The translations under genes were made by a program, and so were the position numbers. The notes beneath the pieces were generated by a model. That model saw only the letters and a list, made by a program, of their open reading frames with translations, ran no database searches and was not told the DNA's origin. A stretch of 64,000 nt of DNA from Lama glama (lineage: Eukaryota): assembly GCA_028534125.1 (NCBI GenBank), contig CM052817.1, positions 66,032,001-66,096,000 on the forward strand, written 5' to 3'. Below are positions 16,597 to 31,190 of the stretch, piece by piece (the stretch's first letter is position 1; every line of letters begins with the position of its first letter).

Positions 16597-17299
16597 TGTA
16601 GGTAAGTGGTGACTCATCAGGTAAGCCCGAAGTCACCCTCGGTTCTCGGGATTCCCGGAGCCATGCTCTTTTCTTTTGAGTTCATTATCCCCTACCCAAA
16701 ATGGACATAGCAAGCATTCAAAAACAAAACAAAGCAAAACACTTCTTCAATGATTTATTTACTAATATACAATCCGCATCTCATCACATAATTTTCTAAA
16801 TGCAATAATACTCATCCTGAATGTGCAGTTTGCTCCTTGAACATCTTAATTTGGCTTTTCTGTCTTATCTAACTGTTCCCAGCTTGAAAGAGACCAAAAT
16901 ATTACAAGGAATAACTGATTCAGTGTTCAGCTTGTGAAAGGTACAGGGTCTTTGCTGTCATTTGGTTTCTGACAGGTTGGTCAAAAGGCAAAAGGAGCCT
17001 CCAGTGTTTCCACATATGAGCACTGAGCTTGGGTTCTATCCAAAGCCCAAAGGTTTTCATCAGTGACTGCTGGCTGCCTCTCAGGCCAGCCTGTGTCTTT
17101 TGTTTACAGTGTGCCTCCCCAACCTGCACTCCTTGAGAAGATCAGTTACTGTAGCTGCCACTGACAATTTTCAGCAATATGGAGCAGCATCTGTGCTCTA
17201 AGTGCCACCAAGTGCAGTGGTGATGAGTTCTGAAGTACCTAATCGCCCATCTTCACATTCTGGCTTTAAAGGCTATGTGTCCTGAAGACATCCTTGAGA

Positions 17300-17430
17300 A
17301 ACCACAGTTTCCTCACCTATAAAATGGAGATACTTAAGTAACTCAAGAGGCTGTTGAAAGGATCAAAGGAGTCCACACTTGTGAAAGTGCTTAGTGCAAT
17401 ACTTAATGTGAAGGTATGAACTCAAATTTA
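17300..17430 (+). mobile_element. MIR SINE 3' fragment
   Basis: cagtttcctcacctataaaatggagata...tgtgaaagtgcttagtgcaatac. Confidence 0.7.
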
Positions 17431-18409
17431 AGCATCTTTCCTTTATTATCTGTTGGTGATGTGCTTCAATGATTTCTTTTGTGCCACATCTATTGTGCCA
17501 CAGCATCTCTTTTGTGTGTGCCAGCAATTTGCTGTATCACCTGGAAACTCTCATTTACACTTGGCTTATTTATCCCCCCAAAAAACCCAAGTACTGTATG
17601 TTTCTATTGTATACGTGGTCTGACAGAAAGAAACTTACCTTGCCAATTGACATTAAATACGGCCCCAAGAGGGTTGTCTAATCTAGAACTGTATTCGTCA
17701 TCATGGGCATACATGAAATTTTTACTTGAGTATAATATGACCTCAGTGGAAGGTTTCAGAGGAGCAATTCCCATAGAAGCCCAGAGACAACTCCGCCTTC
17801 TGAGAACGTCAGATTTTACGTACACAGCAGTATTTCCTAGTAATAGTTCTGGGCTAATAGATGTTTTATAAAATAAAGCGTTTCTGGGGGAGGAAGAAAG
17901 CCCTGGAACATCTGTTACACATGGTTATATGTGCTTATTTGTGGCAAGTTTTCTTACAGATTCGAATATGCTATTGTGTCTGGTGATTATCTAGGAAGGA
18001 GATCAGTTATGCCTTAACTCCCAATTACTTTCCTGTAAAACTGTCTTCTTGACATATATGTTTTGTCAAAGCCAACTATAAATAAATAATCAATTCAACT
18101 ATTTTGACAAAGTGAGGCCGTCAATTCATACAAACGTGAATATTCAATAATAGAGGATATCAGTAAAACTGGCTAGAAATTATAATTAAAATTATAAACA
18201 TGTTAGTGTAAGCTGAGGTCATACTGTATTTGTCTTACAATTTCAAAAAAATAGTATAAATTCTGCTTATTTCTGATTTCTACTTACTTACATATGCACT
18301 TACTGGACAGTGTATGACATGCAATAAAGGTTAACATCTTTTAGTCCATAGTGTACACAGTATTTACTTAATGGTACATGACAACAACCATATAATATTG
18401 GTTTAAGTC

Positions 18410-18544
18410 GGGGGGAGGGTATAGCTCAAGTGGTAGAGCGCTTGCTTAGCATGCATGAGGTCCTGGGTTCAAGCCCCAGTACCTCCTCTAAAAATAAATA
18501 AACCTAGTTACCTCCCGCCACCAAAATAAAAATAAAAAAAAAAA
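18410..18544 (+). mobile_element. Camelid tRNA-Ala-derived SINE, copy 3
   Basis: gggggggagggtatagctcaagtggtagagcgcttgcttagcatgcatgaggtcctgggttcaagccccagtacctcc, then an A tail. TSD ggtttaagtc at 18400-18409 and 18549-18558. Confidence 0.95.
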
Positions 18545-18789
18545 GATAGGTTTAAGTCAAATATGATTTGAAGCTACTAAATGCTATTAGGTATCTTTAA
18601 ATCAATAATACATAAATAAATTCCTAATATTTTATCTCAACTCAAAACTGATCTAGCTGTCTTAATTTGACTGCCCTAACTAGGCAGGGAGAAATGTCAT
18701 CATTTGAAACAAGGAGCTATTTTATATAAGATTTTCAATTTCAAAAAATTATCAAACATTAAAACAATGCCTATATATTCTTCACATTT

Positions 18790-18972
18790 GGAAACACTTT
18801 CATAGATGTACCATTCAATTTTCATAATAACCCTATGTGATAGGTATCACAGTGTTCTTCAGTTTATGGATCAAGAGAGTAAGAAAAATGGTTTAAAGAT
18901 AACACAGCTAGGATGTGGGACCAAGACATAATCCTGGAGTCTTGACTCCAAATCCTGTGCTCTCTGCACTAA
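18790..18972 (-). mobile_element. MIR SINE, degraded
   Basis: cattcaattttcataataaccctatgtgataggtatc...aagataacacagctagga...tcttgactccaaatcctgtgctct. Confidence 0.65.
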
Positions 18973-19369
18973 AGCTCACAACATTAATCCAAAAATGCCT
19001 ACAAATCGTTGGTTGTCAAAGGCAGTTGTTATTTCTCTCTAAAAAGCTAATTAAGGAAGAAGGAAACCAAAGAATTCCAACCAGAGGAAAGAAAACCTTT
19101 GGCGTTTTTTTTTTTTGACATTAATGAGACAGCCGCAGGCATCTCCCCTGTCTTCCTTCCACTTTCAAACCCAGTGTTGGGCATTCTAGATCCGTGATCT
19201 GGGGGCCAAACAACCTTTCAACATTCCAGTCAGACATAACAAAGACTATCGGTCATTTAAGTGTTTACTCAAATTAGTTACAATGGATTTTACTCTCAAA
19301 TAAAAATGTGTTCCTTCTTATTTTAGGGGCTTCTATTAAAGAAGTTTCAGTAATACAGTTGTGCTTGCC

Positions 19370-19610
19370 TCAAGGCTCTGGACCCCTACTCTCTGAGTTC
19401 AGACCATTTTCTGCTATTTTAATAGGTCTAGGTCTTTGGGTGATTTATTTGACTTCACTGTTCCTGAGTTTCCTCACCTGCAAAATGCAGGTCATACTGG
19501 CACCTATCACACAAGGCTATTTATTGTGAGGATCCCATAATATATGTAAAAACTTAGGGCAATGCCTGATAGGTACTAAGCGCTCAAGAAGTGCTTACTA
19601 CCTTTATTAT
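19370..19610 (+). mobile_element. MIR SINE
   Basis: ctgagtttcctcacctgcaaaatgcagg...ttgtgaggat...tatgtaaaaacttagggcaatgcctgataggtactaagcgctcaagaa. Confidence 0.75.
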
Positions 19611-22194
19611 GAGACTTGTTAAACTGAGAGCAAAAGCAGAAAAATGCAGTAGCTCCCCGAGATGAGACTTACCAGGAAAGAGATCAAGAATCATTACAGA
19701 CCTTCATTTAGAGATGACCCCCATTCCACAGGATTTGTGCTGGCTCTCAGCACTGAGAAATGTCTCCTTGGAGGAAGTTCTATTTCTACTTATTAGATAA
19801 ACAAAGTTTAAAACTCAAGAATGTGACTCCTTCCAGAGCAGAATAATCTGTAACAGCTCCGTTTATCAGGTCCATGTGCTCTGGGAAGTCATCCAGGTAA
19901 GTGTACCTGGCCAGCAAAATCACCTGGGAGGGCTCACTGAAGTAACCAGTGATCAAATGCAAGGGGTCAAGCTGTGCAGTCAAAGTCTTATTTTGATAAA
20001 CTCTGACTGCAAAGAAATCTAAAAATCACTGGCACACTGCTTAGGCGCACACTTCTAATTAGCTACAGCAATTTTTCCCTAGACATTCCCTTCATTTTCA
20101 TTTAAATTAATATAATTCCTTAGCTAAAATGCAAGAGGAAAATGTCAGAAGAACACAATCTATTTCCCCTAATAGCGATAATCAAGTGCTGTCATCCTTC
20201 TGGTGTAACACTATAACCATGCACCTCTTTACTTGAGTGTCCTTTCATCAGATTTTGTCCTGTTTATACACGTTGAAGGGATATAATTTTGCCCTATGTA
20301 ACATTTATAATGTTTACAATAATAATATTCATAATTAATAATGTAAATAATAATGTACAAATACAATACTACATTTACCAAATGTAATATGTGCCTTCAA
20401 GCCAGGAAGAGAAAATTGTCTTGAAAATTTAAAAATAAATGCAAATTACTGTGAAATTAAAGAATAAAAAAACTATTCAGCTATCCAAGAGCAAAAGCAA
20501 AATATAAGGAAATATAAATAGACTTCTCTTTCCAAGGAATACTGGAATATAACTGAACAAGGTTATTATCAAAACACAGAATGTTTTAGTTAATACACAT
20601 TGTACTGATTTCTTCTGAATTCCTCACTTCCAATATTAGAAAAGGAATAAAAAGTTTTCTATACTTATTTTCTCTTGTACCTAATTACCTATTAATGATC
20701 CAGTTACTTATTAAGCAAAAAAAAAAAAAGTCTTATTATTTTGTTACAGTGCAGGCATTTTTGTTTTCCTTTTGGGAAAGAAAGATAAACAACAGTGAAA
20801 GGGGAAAGAAGGTTCAGTTGTTCTGTATTTCAGAAACAAGGACTTGTTCACCATTCTAATCTGAATGTCCCTTTCAGCTTAACCTAATGTTAAGTTAACT
20901 TTGATGTAACTTTTAGCTAACTAACTTCCAGTTGCTTTCATTTAAGCATTTTTTAAAATCTTAATTTAATAAAGCTGATGCAGTTCACTCCAGAACAAAC
21001 CTCTTATTGCTGATACACTGAATTCATTCTAAAACATCACTAATCTATTTAATATGTCTGATATGCTTTACTATATGGTATAAAAACTGCTTGCCATTTA
21101 GCGAAGATATAGAAACCTTAAAATGATCAATTTAAGATATAAAGTTGTCACCGAAATGCAGTAAAAGCAGCTCCTATATACCTCAAAACAACAAAAACAA
21201 AAACAAATACGCAGCACCTAAGTAGTGGAGAGGTATGACATGTTCAGTAGATGACACGCTACATCATCACCAAATTTAGAGGATCTTCTATTAAACAAGT
21301 ATCTGGCTTAATTAAAAGAAAAAAGTCCCTAGGTCTTCACCTTTTGTGCCAACAATGAATATCTAACAGAAGAATCTAAGAATGGAGGTGCTTTTTGAGG
21401 TGAATTTTTTGGCTGACCTATATCTGAATGCCAAGGAAAGACATTTGCCATCAATAAACTGCACAACATTATATATGATTTCTCATTTGGAAACTATTTA
21501 GCCATTGTACCATGTAAGGGACACAGCAATATGGTCCCCAAAGGAACTTCAATTATACAAGCCATTTTCCTCTCATCTGCAGAGTGAATGGCACTCTCCC
21601 ATATTAAAGAACTAGTGGCGATAACAAATGAGAACAATTACACTTTTTTGAGTCCCAAATTTTCTTAACTGTTTCCAGTCATGGTGCTATGAATGATATT
21701 TCACCAGCTGATCTCCAGATGAGGGCCCTGCATCCCCAAAACCTGTGAGTCCTTCAAAACTACTTTCTAGAACTGCTCACTTGCTACAAAAAAGTCCTGT
21801 TGATTGTAACAGCCTACTTCATAGAATTCAACAAAACCACCACATAAATCTATGACAAATTATATCAGAAAACACCGTGAAAGAGAAACTCCTGAAAAAA
21901 ACTGCTCTCCTAAAGAGTTGTTCAAATATTAATAATATACCTTCAATGATCAGGGAAAAGAAAAATGTGCCAAAATGATATAAGTAAAGGATGCTATTTT
22001 GGAGGACAAATCAACAAAATGGTGCTAGCTCTGAGAAACGGCTTCTAAAATTTGTTGAAGAAATGAGCTACACTAGTGGGTAAACTGAGGCTAGACATTC
22101 TATATGGATTTCATTTATCCCTGGAGCACTTTACTCTGGTGTCAAGAGTTCTGAATATTTGGATGTGAGACCTGGTTTTACCATAACCACATAA

Positions 22195-22320
22195 AATAAG
22201 TGTTTATTGTCCCCATTTGACAGATTAAGAAAAAGAGGTGAAACACATTCTCCAAGTTCACTCTAATATTAAGTGGCAGAGTTTGGATGCACACCCAGGT
22301 ACATCTGGTTTCAATACTCT
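22195..22320 (-). mobile_element. MIR SINE fragment
   Basis: tattgtccccatttgacagattaagaaaaagagg...ttaagtggcagagtttggatgcacacccagg. Confidence 0.65.
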
Positions 22321-25300
22321 ACATGGGACGACGCTAAACTACCTAATTTATTAAATAGAATTGGTATTCTGAAGAACTTTCAGGAACATACTCAATTTTT
22401 AGACTATCAAATCTAATTGTGTCTCTAGGCTGAGTGAGTGAAAGAGTGGGTTATAACGTTTACTGGGCCTCAAGGGCCTCCAGTTCGCAGACAGATTCAG
22501 GCAGGGCTCTGCAGCTCAATGGCCACATGACATCACTTTTCAATCGCTCTACTGCCTTGTTTGCAAAATGAGGGAATAATACCAGTAGGCTCCAGATCCC
22601 TTTCCATTTTCAAAAAAGCCACAGGAGGGTTTCAAGTATTCACCTATGGTGAATAACCATTTCACCTGTGTAACAAATCCCAGGGGCATTCCCCAAGGCT
22701 ACACTTTGAGAAAGAACACTTTTCAAAACAGAAATCAGCATAAGGTGGGCTGGTGCATTCAATTGTACAGTGTGGGTATTGCACAAAAGGGTCTGGATGA
22801 ATCAGAAACTGAGGGCCGAAATCCTGTCCCCACTCAATGAGGCAGACCTCGTGCCCTTTCTACTTTCTGCACTGGGTGGATGCAGCTGGTCAGAGACCAC
22901 GGGCGATGCTAAAGCGATCTTGGTCTCCAAAAAGGAGTTGTTTGTCAGGTGGGACAAGAAAAGAAATACAACAGTTCTATTTCTTCTCTTCTCTCTCTTG
23001 GGCTTGAGGATGAACCACGCATCTTGAAGAAAAGCCCAGCAAGGAATAAATTCATAATAAACACTGATGGAAGGAAAAGGGGAAAAAGAGGAGGAAAAAA
23101 TGACAGTGTTACAGAAAAGAGGAAGGAGAAAAAAAGGGAGGAGGAAGAAAAGGAAAAGTTATTAAGTGGAGTTATGAAGACTGTATCCCAGGTTTCCTGG
23201 TTAATGGAAAAGAGATGAAAGCCCTCCACGAAAGAATACGATTTTCCCCTCAGCATATCCTGCGCTGAAGCAAAGCTGTTTGATCTTTATTATCATGTTA
23301 TTCAGATAACATAAGAATATGCTAAGAAAAATCCCTTTAAAACTGCATTATCTTATTGAATAACTCTCTCTCTCTCTCTTTTTTTTGGGGGGGGGTGGAG
23401 TTAAAATTGGAAAACTGAAGCATACTCTCCCACTTTCACTGTTGAAATTTTTTTCCCTTCACGTTAAAAAAATTTTGTTACACCCAAGTTTTCCCATAAC
23501 CCTTCACTGTATAAGGTCAACTTTTGTTTTTATAAACACTAGGAAGGTTGAGTAATAATTACCCACAGTTTAGATTCCCTTCTAGAAACAATTCATTTAG
23601 GGAAAACAAAGGGGAAAAGAAATCACGTGTAATAATGGAAAACACAGTTCTTCCATCATCCAGATAAGAGAAGAACACAAATAAGAATATTTCAGCAATG
23701 GGGATAAACTATAAAACCAACTGCTCTCTGGATGAAACAAGAACTAATGAAGCAAATGAATGTGGAAAAGTAACAGTTTTTGAGGACTGAAATAAGCAGA
23801 AATTATATATATATTTTTAAAAGTCTCAAATCAGACATAAGCAATGAGCAACAAATGAAGAATGTTCTCTACCACTGTTTATTCTCCAGAGTTTTTCCTG
23901 GATATCCAGATGTTCCTTTCTTTCACCAAAAAAAAAAGGAAGGGTGAGATTGGGGTTCCCAGATTCACTGTCAAAGCCTGATATACTACAATTTTATCAT
24001 CTTGTGGCTCAAAATTCTCCTAAATATTTCATTAATATATCTGGAAATTATAATATTTAAAGAATAATTTGAAGCTCCATTAATAATGTGGGGCCATGGA
24101 ATAAGAAGGAGAAAATAAATTAAGAAAAAATGCCACGGTTGGTTACATTTCAAATATACCTGTTAGAGACAAGTGTCCATGGACACAGCCCAGCTCTTTA
24201 ACAGAAAGGCAGAACGATGCTGAAAATCACAGTAACATATTTCAAGAAAATGTAAAGGTAAAATGAGTGGTTAAAAAATACACAGAATATTGTTGACAGT
24301 TATTTCCATTAAAAAATTATTGCCTCAATAATGGTGATTAGATATATCTGTGACATTATTAACTCATGCTTCCTAAATGAAATCAATATTTTATAACCAG
24401 ATTCTTCTACTTATAGAAGAGATTACTCAACAATGAACAACATATGCATGAAATTATAATAAAATCTTTTGTCCCTTTGAAAAGTATTCTATAGTATCAT
24501 GAACATTGCAGATAAATAGAAATACAGTTAAAAGTAAAGCTCTAGAATATTGCTTTCAGCTTCTGAATCGAATCTTAAGTATAAAATTTAAAACTAACAT
24601 GGAAGTAAAAACAGACAAAAGAGAATTAATCTCTTCTTAAAAATATAATAAAATCTCATCACTAAGCTAAACACGTATATCTCTCTTTCATCTAGCAAAA
24701 TTTCAGTAGACCACCCTATAAGGAAAGGTCATTTATAAGCTATTTCAAATGGGGAAGTAAATCATATAATTCTGAACCACCCATGGTGAACAATAAAACT
24801 TTTATTCCTAGAAGCTCTATTCTCTTTAAGTGAAAGCAATCTTAAAAGTATTCAACATCTGGAATAAAATGAATATTCAGTACGCATTACAATCTTGAGT
24901 AGTGTCATCTTGGAAGAGGCTCGTTAACAAATTGTATTCCATATAACAATGCAGACTGATTTTCTAAAAGTATTGTTTAAGTTGCAAAATGAAATGAGAG
25001 ATTCAAGCTCAAAATCAGAGGATTTACAAATTTCCTTCATTAGTGAGATTTACAAACGTGTAACTTAATAGTTAAGACTGGAACTAACGTTACATGAAAT
25101 GGAGTCAAATGAGTGTTATTGAACATCCATAATGATCATTTTCCATGAAGTTAAATACTTATAATCATGAGGTTTGATTAACATGCTCTGGTTTCTTGCA
25201 TGCCATGTTATCATTATAATCAGAAAACTGGAAGAAATTTTCTCCAATTAAATATAAAACAGATGATCACACTTAGGAAGAAAACATGTTTCACTGCCAC

Positions 25301-28300
25301 TTATATAGTTAAGATTACAAATACATATGAATATGTTCATCATAAAGGAAATCAGATTATTTAGTACCCTAATTTTTACAATAGCCTTAAATTTTCAAAT
25401 CCTTTGAGACAAGTTCAAAAATACATTCTTAAATTATACCATGTATACCCAATGCTTTGTTTTCCACAATTACTTGACAGCAAGCTTTGGGTTCTTTTTT
25501 TCCTTTTATTTTGTTTCTTTTCCTTGCTAAAATAATAGCCCAATGAGAAAGGGAAAATTAACCTATTCCTTTTTTCACCAGAAACAAGCATACTTCTATT
25601 TTAATCCCACTTTTTATAATCAAACTAAAATATAATCTTTAAATAGACAGTATTAAGACTAAATTTTACTTAACAGAATTACTGATGCTTTCTCAGCTGG
25701 AGATGGATAGGTTTTAATAGAAAGATCTAGCTTTTCTGATACTCAAGGAAAAATGTACTTGCTTGGGTGCAACAGGCTCTCTGGAAACAACCTTCTTCCC
25801 CTAGCACACGCAGATGCAAATGAAACACTGGATACTTTCCCTCTTCAATTTCCCAGTTCACACCAGGACCGTGTCTATTATCCAATGGCTTTCTTGTACA
25901 TTATTTATCGATAACTCACATATACATGCAAACATTCAAAGGATATTCAAAATATGAATATCCATTCATACTAAATTGGCACGTATACTAGTCACTTCAA
26001 TAAATTTGAAAAACTTACAGTTTTACCTTAAGGTATGCATTACAAAATGTTGGTTAAACCCAAACAACCCCCTTGGTCTTAAATTCCTCCTGTATTTTTA
26101 TTCAAACAGATTGTCCCATTTGAATTACACCATAAGGAAGCCTGAGTATTCTATTCCAAACTGCTCCACCCCAGTCTTGTACCAGAATTCCTACTATGAA
26201 ACGACTTGCTTGCATGGATTCAAGGTTTCACATATATTTTCCATTAGTTGCTAAGTGGTAGAAAACACTAAATCCAACTGTACATTGTATAAAATGTGAA
26301 GTGCTGTGATAGAGAGATTATCCAAGGGCAATTAAAAAAATCCACACTATAGTGCCGCTTACAAGGGATTAACATGGAATTACAGGAAATACACAGCTGC
26401 CTCATACAACGACAGCTGTAGTTACTATGTATATTAGAACTAAATAAGTCTGTTCACGTTAACATACTTAGTAATGTTTTACATCAATGTAAAAGATTTT
26501 TAATCAGATCTGATATATTCAAGGTCACATCACTTAAAAGTTCGTTTCCAAGAGAAATCACATTTTGAGAATTAAAAGGGATTCTAGTCAGCATCCCTTC
26601 ACAGGGGGGAAACAAACAAACAAAAAACCCCAACATTCCAAACTGAAATTCTAAGTTCCATGCTCATGTTGCTAAAAAACATGAACGTAAGAAATTACTT
26701 CAAGCAGTCTACTTTTTGAAAAACCACATACAAAATCAAGTCCAACATCATCAACAGGCACCCAGAAACGCAAGGCATACTCATGGTTCCTGAGTGTCAA
26801 CCTTTAGGAATGACTGCATTCCACCAGAATGGACACACTGTGGTATATAACAACTTTTACAACTCCAAATAGACTGACTGTACAAAAGTAATATATAACA
26901 GCATCAACTAGGAATTTTTCAAAACTGCTTTAAAGAACAAAACACACTCCCCTCCGAAAGCAAATACATGTTCTAGTCGCTACCTGGCAGCCAAGACAAT
27001 ATAAAGTTCACACATGCTCTCTCTTCTAGATTATGTTCTTAACACGATCAAAATACTTTTAAAAGTAGGAGACACCCAACCAAGTGGAGGCATCCTATTA
27101 ATCCTTAAATTCTTTCGGTTTTCTTTAGTGATCTGCTGCACTGAATTTTCCTCATTCCTTCTCATAGACATAAAATAACCTGTATTTAAATTTAGGAGCC
27201 CAGATTATCAGTGAATTCTGAAAAGAAGGCATCCCAAGCATTTATCAAACTTTTTAGACTACTTGGAAACCGTTGCTCTGTTAATACATATTACTCTAGG
27301 AGTCATCTGAAGTAGCAGAGGCACCCCGTGGCAAGCACACTGTGACGTAACCCTAGGAATTCCACTAGGTATTTTCAATGACAGTCAGAAAGGGCCCAGT
27401 AGTACTGGACAGTGCTGATGATTCAATCATGCATTTTCTGGTTAAATTCTGATGACAGCTTTACCGGAACCTGAACCTGAAAAATAAATAGTAAGTCAGA
27501 GAAACCTTTCTAAATAATCGGTTAGCATAGATTCTTGAAATTGATCTTCTTCACCCAACATAATGGAGATCTAGTTTAGAGGAGCATATTTTGAATAAGA
27601 CTGGGTAAAGAAATTAACTATCCTTGGATTACTTTCCATAAAGAAGAACATCAGTTGAGGGAATCTTGCAAGGTAAATTACTAAAAATTTCTGTATTTTA
27701 AAATACACAAAATGCTTAACATGTTTTACTGTGTTTTTAATTTTCTCAGTTCAATACACTTTTCAGTCAATGCTTTCTTACAATCATGCATATGACTTCC
27801 TGGTTGCTTGGTTCAATAGCATACTGTACTATTAATGATAAACTGTTGAGAATTAAAGAATCTTAATCTACTGAAATCATCACTGTTAAAAAAATCTGTA
27901 TTTATTTATTCTGATAAATCATATTTAAAGGTAAATACATTCTTTCTTACAGTCATCACCAACAACATCATGACCAGGACCAGAAAAACAAAAAACCAAA
28001 CCTAGAACAAGCTATACCAAAAAGCAAATCTAGGGCATATTCAGAAGCTTCTGATCATTTTTCTTTCCTCCTTTTTTTTTTCTTTTACTATAGGAGAGAG
28101 AGCCATTTAATTTTGAAAAATATATATGAGAAAAACATTACAGTATAAATGGACAGAATTCTTTTCCACACTAAATCAGGTATCCCAGCTTGTAAAACTT
28201 TCCACCCCCAACCCTAGCCCAAACACATTAAAAAATACACTCAATAACAATGGTACACCATAACCGCCCTCTTTAGTCACTGTTTTTCCAGTTCTTAAAA

Positions 28301-29967
28301 ACAGTATCACATAAAAGATTACCTTCATTTTCCTTCATTTCTGTGTGTTTGAATGAATCTGTGCTAGGGAAAGGGCACACCTTATACTCTCTACACTGCC
28401 CAGCATCACATATGGAAATCTGATTAATTTTCCCAATTGTTATTTTATCCCAAGGTCATGACTATCTATTGGCAGGTATCCAGGAATGGATGATTCACTG
28501 CACTGATGAAAATGTGGTTCATAAAAATATCATTTATATCAAAGAGAGACCAACTGGAGGAGGCCAGAATATGGATCTACTCTTAATCATACAATAAAAA
28601 TATGAATGAACATTATTAAAAAGGAATATGCTTAAGCCTCTTTAAACATAGTCATTCTTGCTTCAGTATCTCTGATGAAAGCTATGTACTACACTAAAAC
28701 ACAGATATCAAGCTGGATTAGCTGCAAAGACACAGTTAAAATTTAATTATCTTTGCCAATTGTGCAGGTCATCAATGCACATAATCCAAAAAGTATTTGT
28801 ATGTGAAAGATAGACATTTGGGTATCTCTGACAGCCTATTAATACATAGTATTTTCAATAATATAGTAAAGTCATTCTGAAAGGTCTATTTGCCTAGGCT
28901 CCCAAACCTGTCAAACTGTTCACATTCACTCCAGCAGTCCCTCCATGCAAGGGATGAACTAAGTAGTCTCCTAGACTAATGGAAAGATTGGCTTAAATTT
29001 GACCTTGGCTCTCTCTTTATAATTAGCTGATTCATTCCCTAGGGGAAAGAGGTAATTAACTTACTGGTTCAGAACTTCCTTAGGAAAGAAATGTAGCCCT
29101 CTCACTTAAAAGAGCTTTCTTTTTTTCTACAGATCTAATGCAATCTCAGATTTAGAGAGAAACGATAATTTATAAAATTCTTTCAAATATATTATGTCCT
29201 TGGCTCCACACAATAGCCCGTGACTTAGTTTAGGCCAGAAAGCCAGCACTAAGGCACAGACTGGATAAATAATATTGGCAAAATCATAATGCCACTTACC
29301 AGATAAAACCAAAATAGAATTCAAGTTTCCTGACTCTCAGCTCAGTTCTCTTCCCCTGACTTCACAATGCCATGTCTATAAAAAATGTTACAGCAATATT
29401 TATAGTGTAGTGATGTTTTCAGTTGAGATAATACAATAGCAAAACAAATCTGGACACACATATGAAAGCATCCATTCCAGAAAATCCCCTTAAAAATGAA
29501 ACCTTTATTTCTCTCTTCAATCTCTTTCCACATATCAAAACTCATCAACGCTGCTAAGTAATACATAAATATATCACAATTTAATATGTAATTATTCAAT
29601 ATTATTATAACAGCAACACTCTGGAAAATATATGTAACTTGGACTCTAAAATAGTCTTTCAGTCAGCAGACAAAAATGTTAATAAAATAGACATATATAA
29701 GCATCTTCTAAAATTAAAAAGTGCATATTTTTCTGAATTGCTTAGAAAGGGAACAATTCCCAAACTCTTTAAACACTCCTATTCCCAGAGGAAAACAAAA
29801 GTTTAAAGAAAAAAACAAAATATTGAAATAATGAACACTAATAAGATCCCAACTCAAACCAAAATTATGAACATACCAAAAACTGAAATGATTTGGAATA
29901 ATATAAAAAATATAATGCAAATGATAAACAGTAAAAATAAAGCACAAACAGTTATGGACATACACGT

Positions 29968-30099
29968 TGGGTGACCACATTAGCTTATTGTCTAAACAAG
30001 GATACTTTGGGGATCTAAAAGGGGGTTATTAATAATTACACTGGACAACAGGCATAAATTAGGATTGTCCTGGGAAATAAACAGGACATATGGTCAGTC
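29968..30099. mobile_element. MER94-like hAT-Blackjack MITE, near full length
   Basis: gggtgaccacattagcttattgtctaaacaaggatactttt-like start, aaagggggttattaataattacactggacaacaggcataaa middle, ggacatatggtca end. Confidence 0.8.
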
Positions 30100-30649
30100 A
30101 AATTTTATGTCTTCACCAGCTGGATTTTTTTCAAGGATTCCCAAGCATCTTGACTTTTTTTTTTAAAGTCAGAATTATTTTTTTCCTTCATTCTCTCCTA
30201 CCCCTACTTCTCTTTTATAACCCAGGAAAAGATTAGTCAAGCCACTTAACTCCTTCTTCTCTGCATGTCCTATTTTGTCTATTAATTAGGGCAAGGAATG
30301 TGTATTAGTCTGAAAATCTTCTTTAAAAGCTATTACTTCTACCATCTCAGGTTTATGGCCTCTGTGTTTCCACTTCTAAACGTCATGGCCAGAGCCCAGA
30401 GGAGAAAGCCACAGCCTGGTTTCTGCCCTTTGCTAAGACACTGCTCTGTTTGACATCACCTGAAACCGGACTCTGAAAAACCTGCTACAGCTCACTTGAG
30501 GCATGTATATTTCAAATGTAATCTCTTCTGAAATTCACCATTTAGGAGAGATAAGGAAATTTGGAGGACAGGGGTAGAAGAACTAGGCAATATTATAAAT
30601 AAAGCTTTTACAGCACAAAGTATAGTCAGGATGTCTGAAGACATTTTCA

Positions 30650-31190
30650 CTAATTCTTCACACTCAGAGCTTTCTTATGGTTTGTCATCTTCTTCGGAGT
30701 AAAGCCAAAGCCCTCACAAAACGTCCTATGATTCCCCCCATTCTCCACGCACAACACTCTTTTGACCCCCTCCTCTCTTACTCTCTCATTTCATTCACTC
30801 AGCATCAGTCAGCCCAACTCCCTGAGACTCCCACAACCTCCAGCCGTGCTGTTGCCTCAGGGAGTTAGAATACGCCCCGGTGGGAACACATTCTCCCAGG
30901 GAAGCGTCCCCCTCCAAAGGTCACTTCCGGGAGACCTTCCCTGACCACCTGATTTTGAATTGAATACACCTTGCATTCCCCATCTTCCCGTCTAGCTTTA
31001 TTTTCTCCACATAAAATCACTATTTGACCTATCACGTATCTGACTTTTTTCTGTCATGCTCTCACCAGAATGCAAGCTTCATAAAGACAAAGATGTTTTT
31101 GTTGAATACACTCACTACTATGTCTCCAGTGTCTAGAAAAGTGACTGTCACCTAAAAAAAGGTTCAATAAACATTTATTGAATAAATAAG
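30650..31190 (+). mobile_element. L2 (L2a-like) 3' portion
   Basis: gagtaaagccaaagccctcaca...gagaccttccctgaccacct...ccagaatgcaagcttcataaagaca...ttcaataaacatttattgaataaataa. Confidence 0.8.

Noticed and set aside
22945..23256. Lys/Glu-rich and Phe/Ser-rich ORFs on opposite strands
   Set aside because: A by-product of the purine/pyrimidine low-complexity tract.
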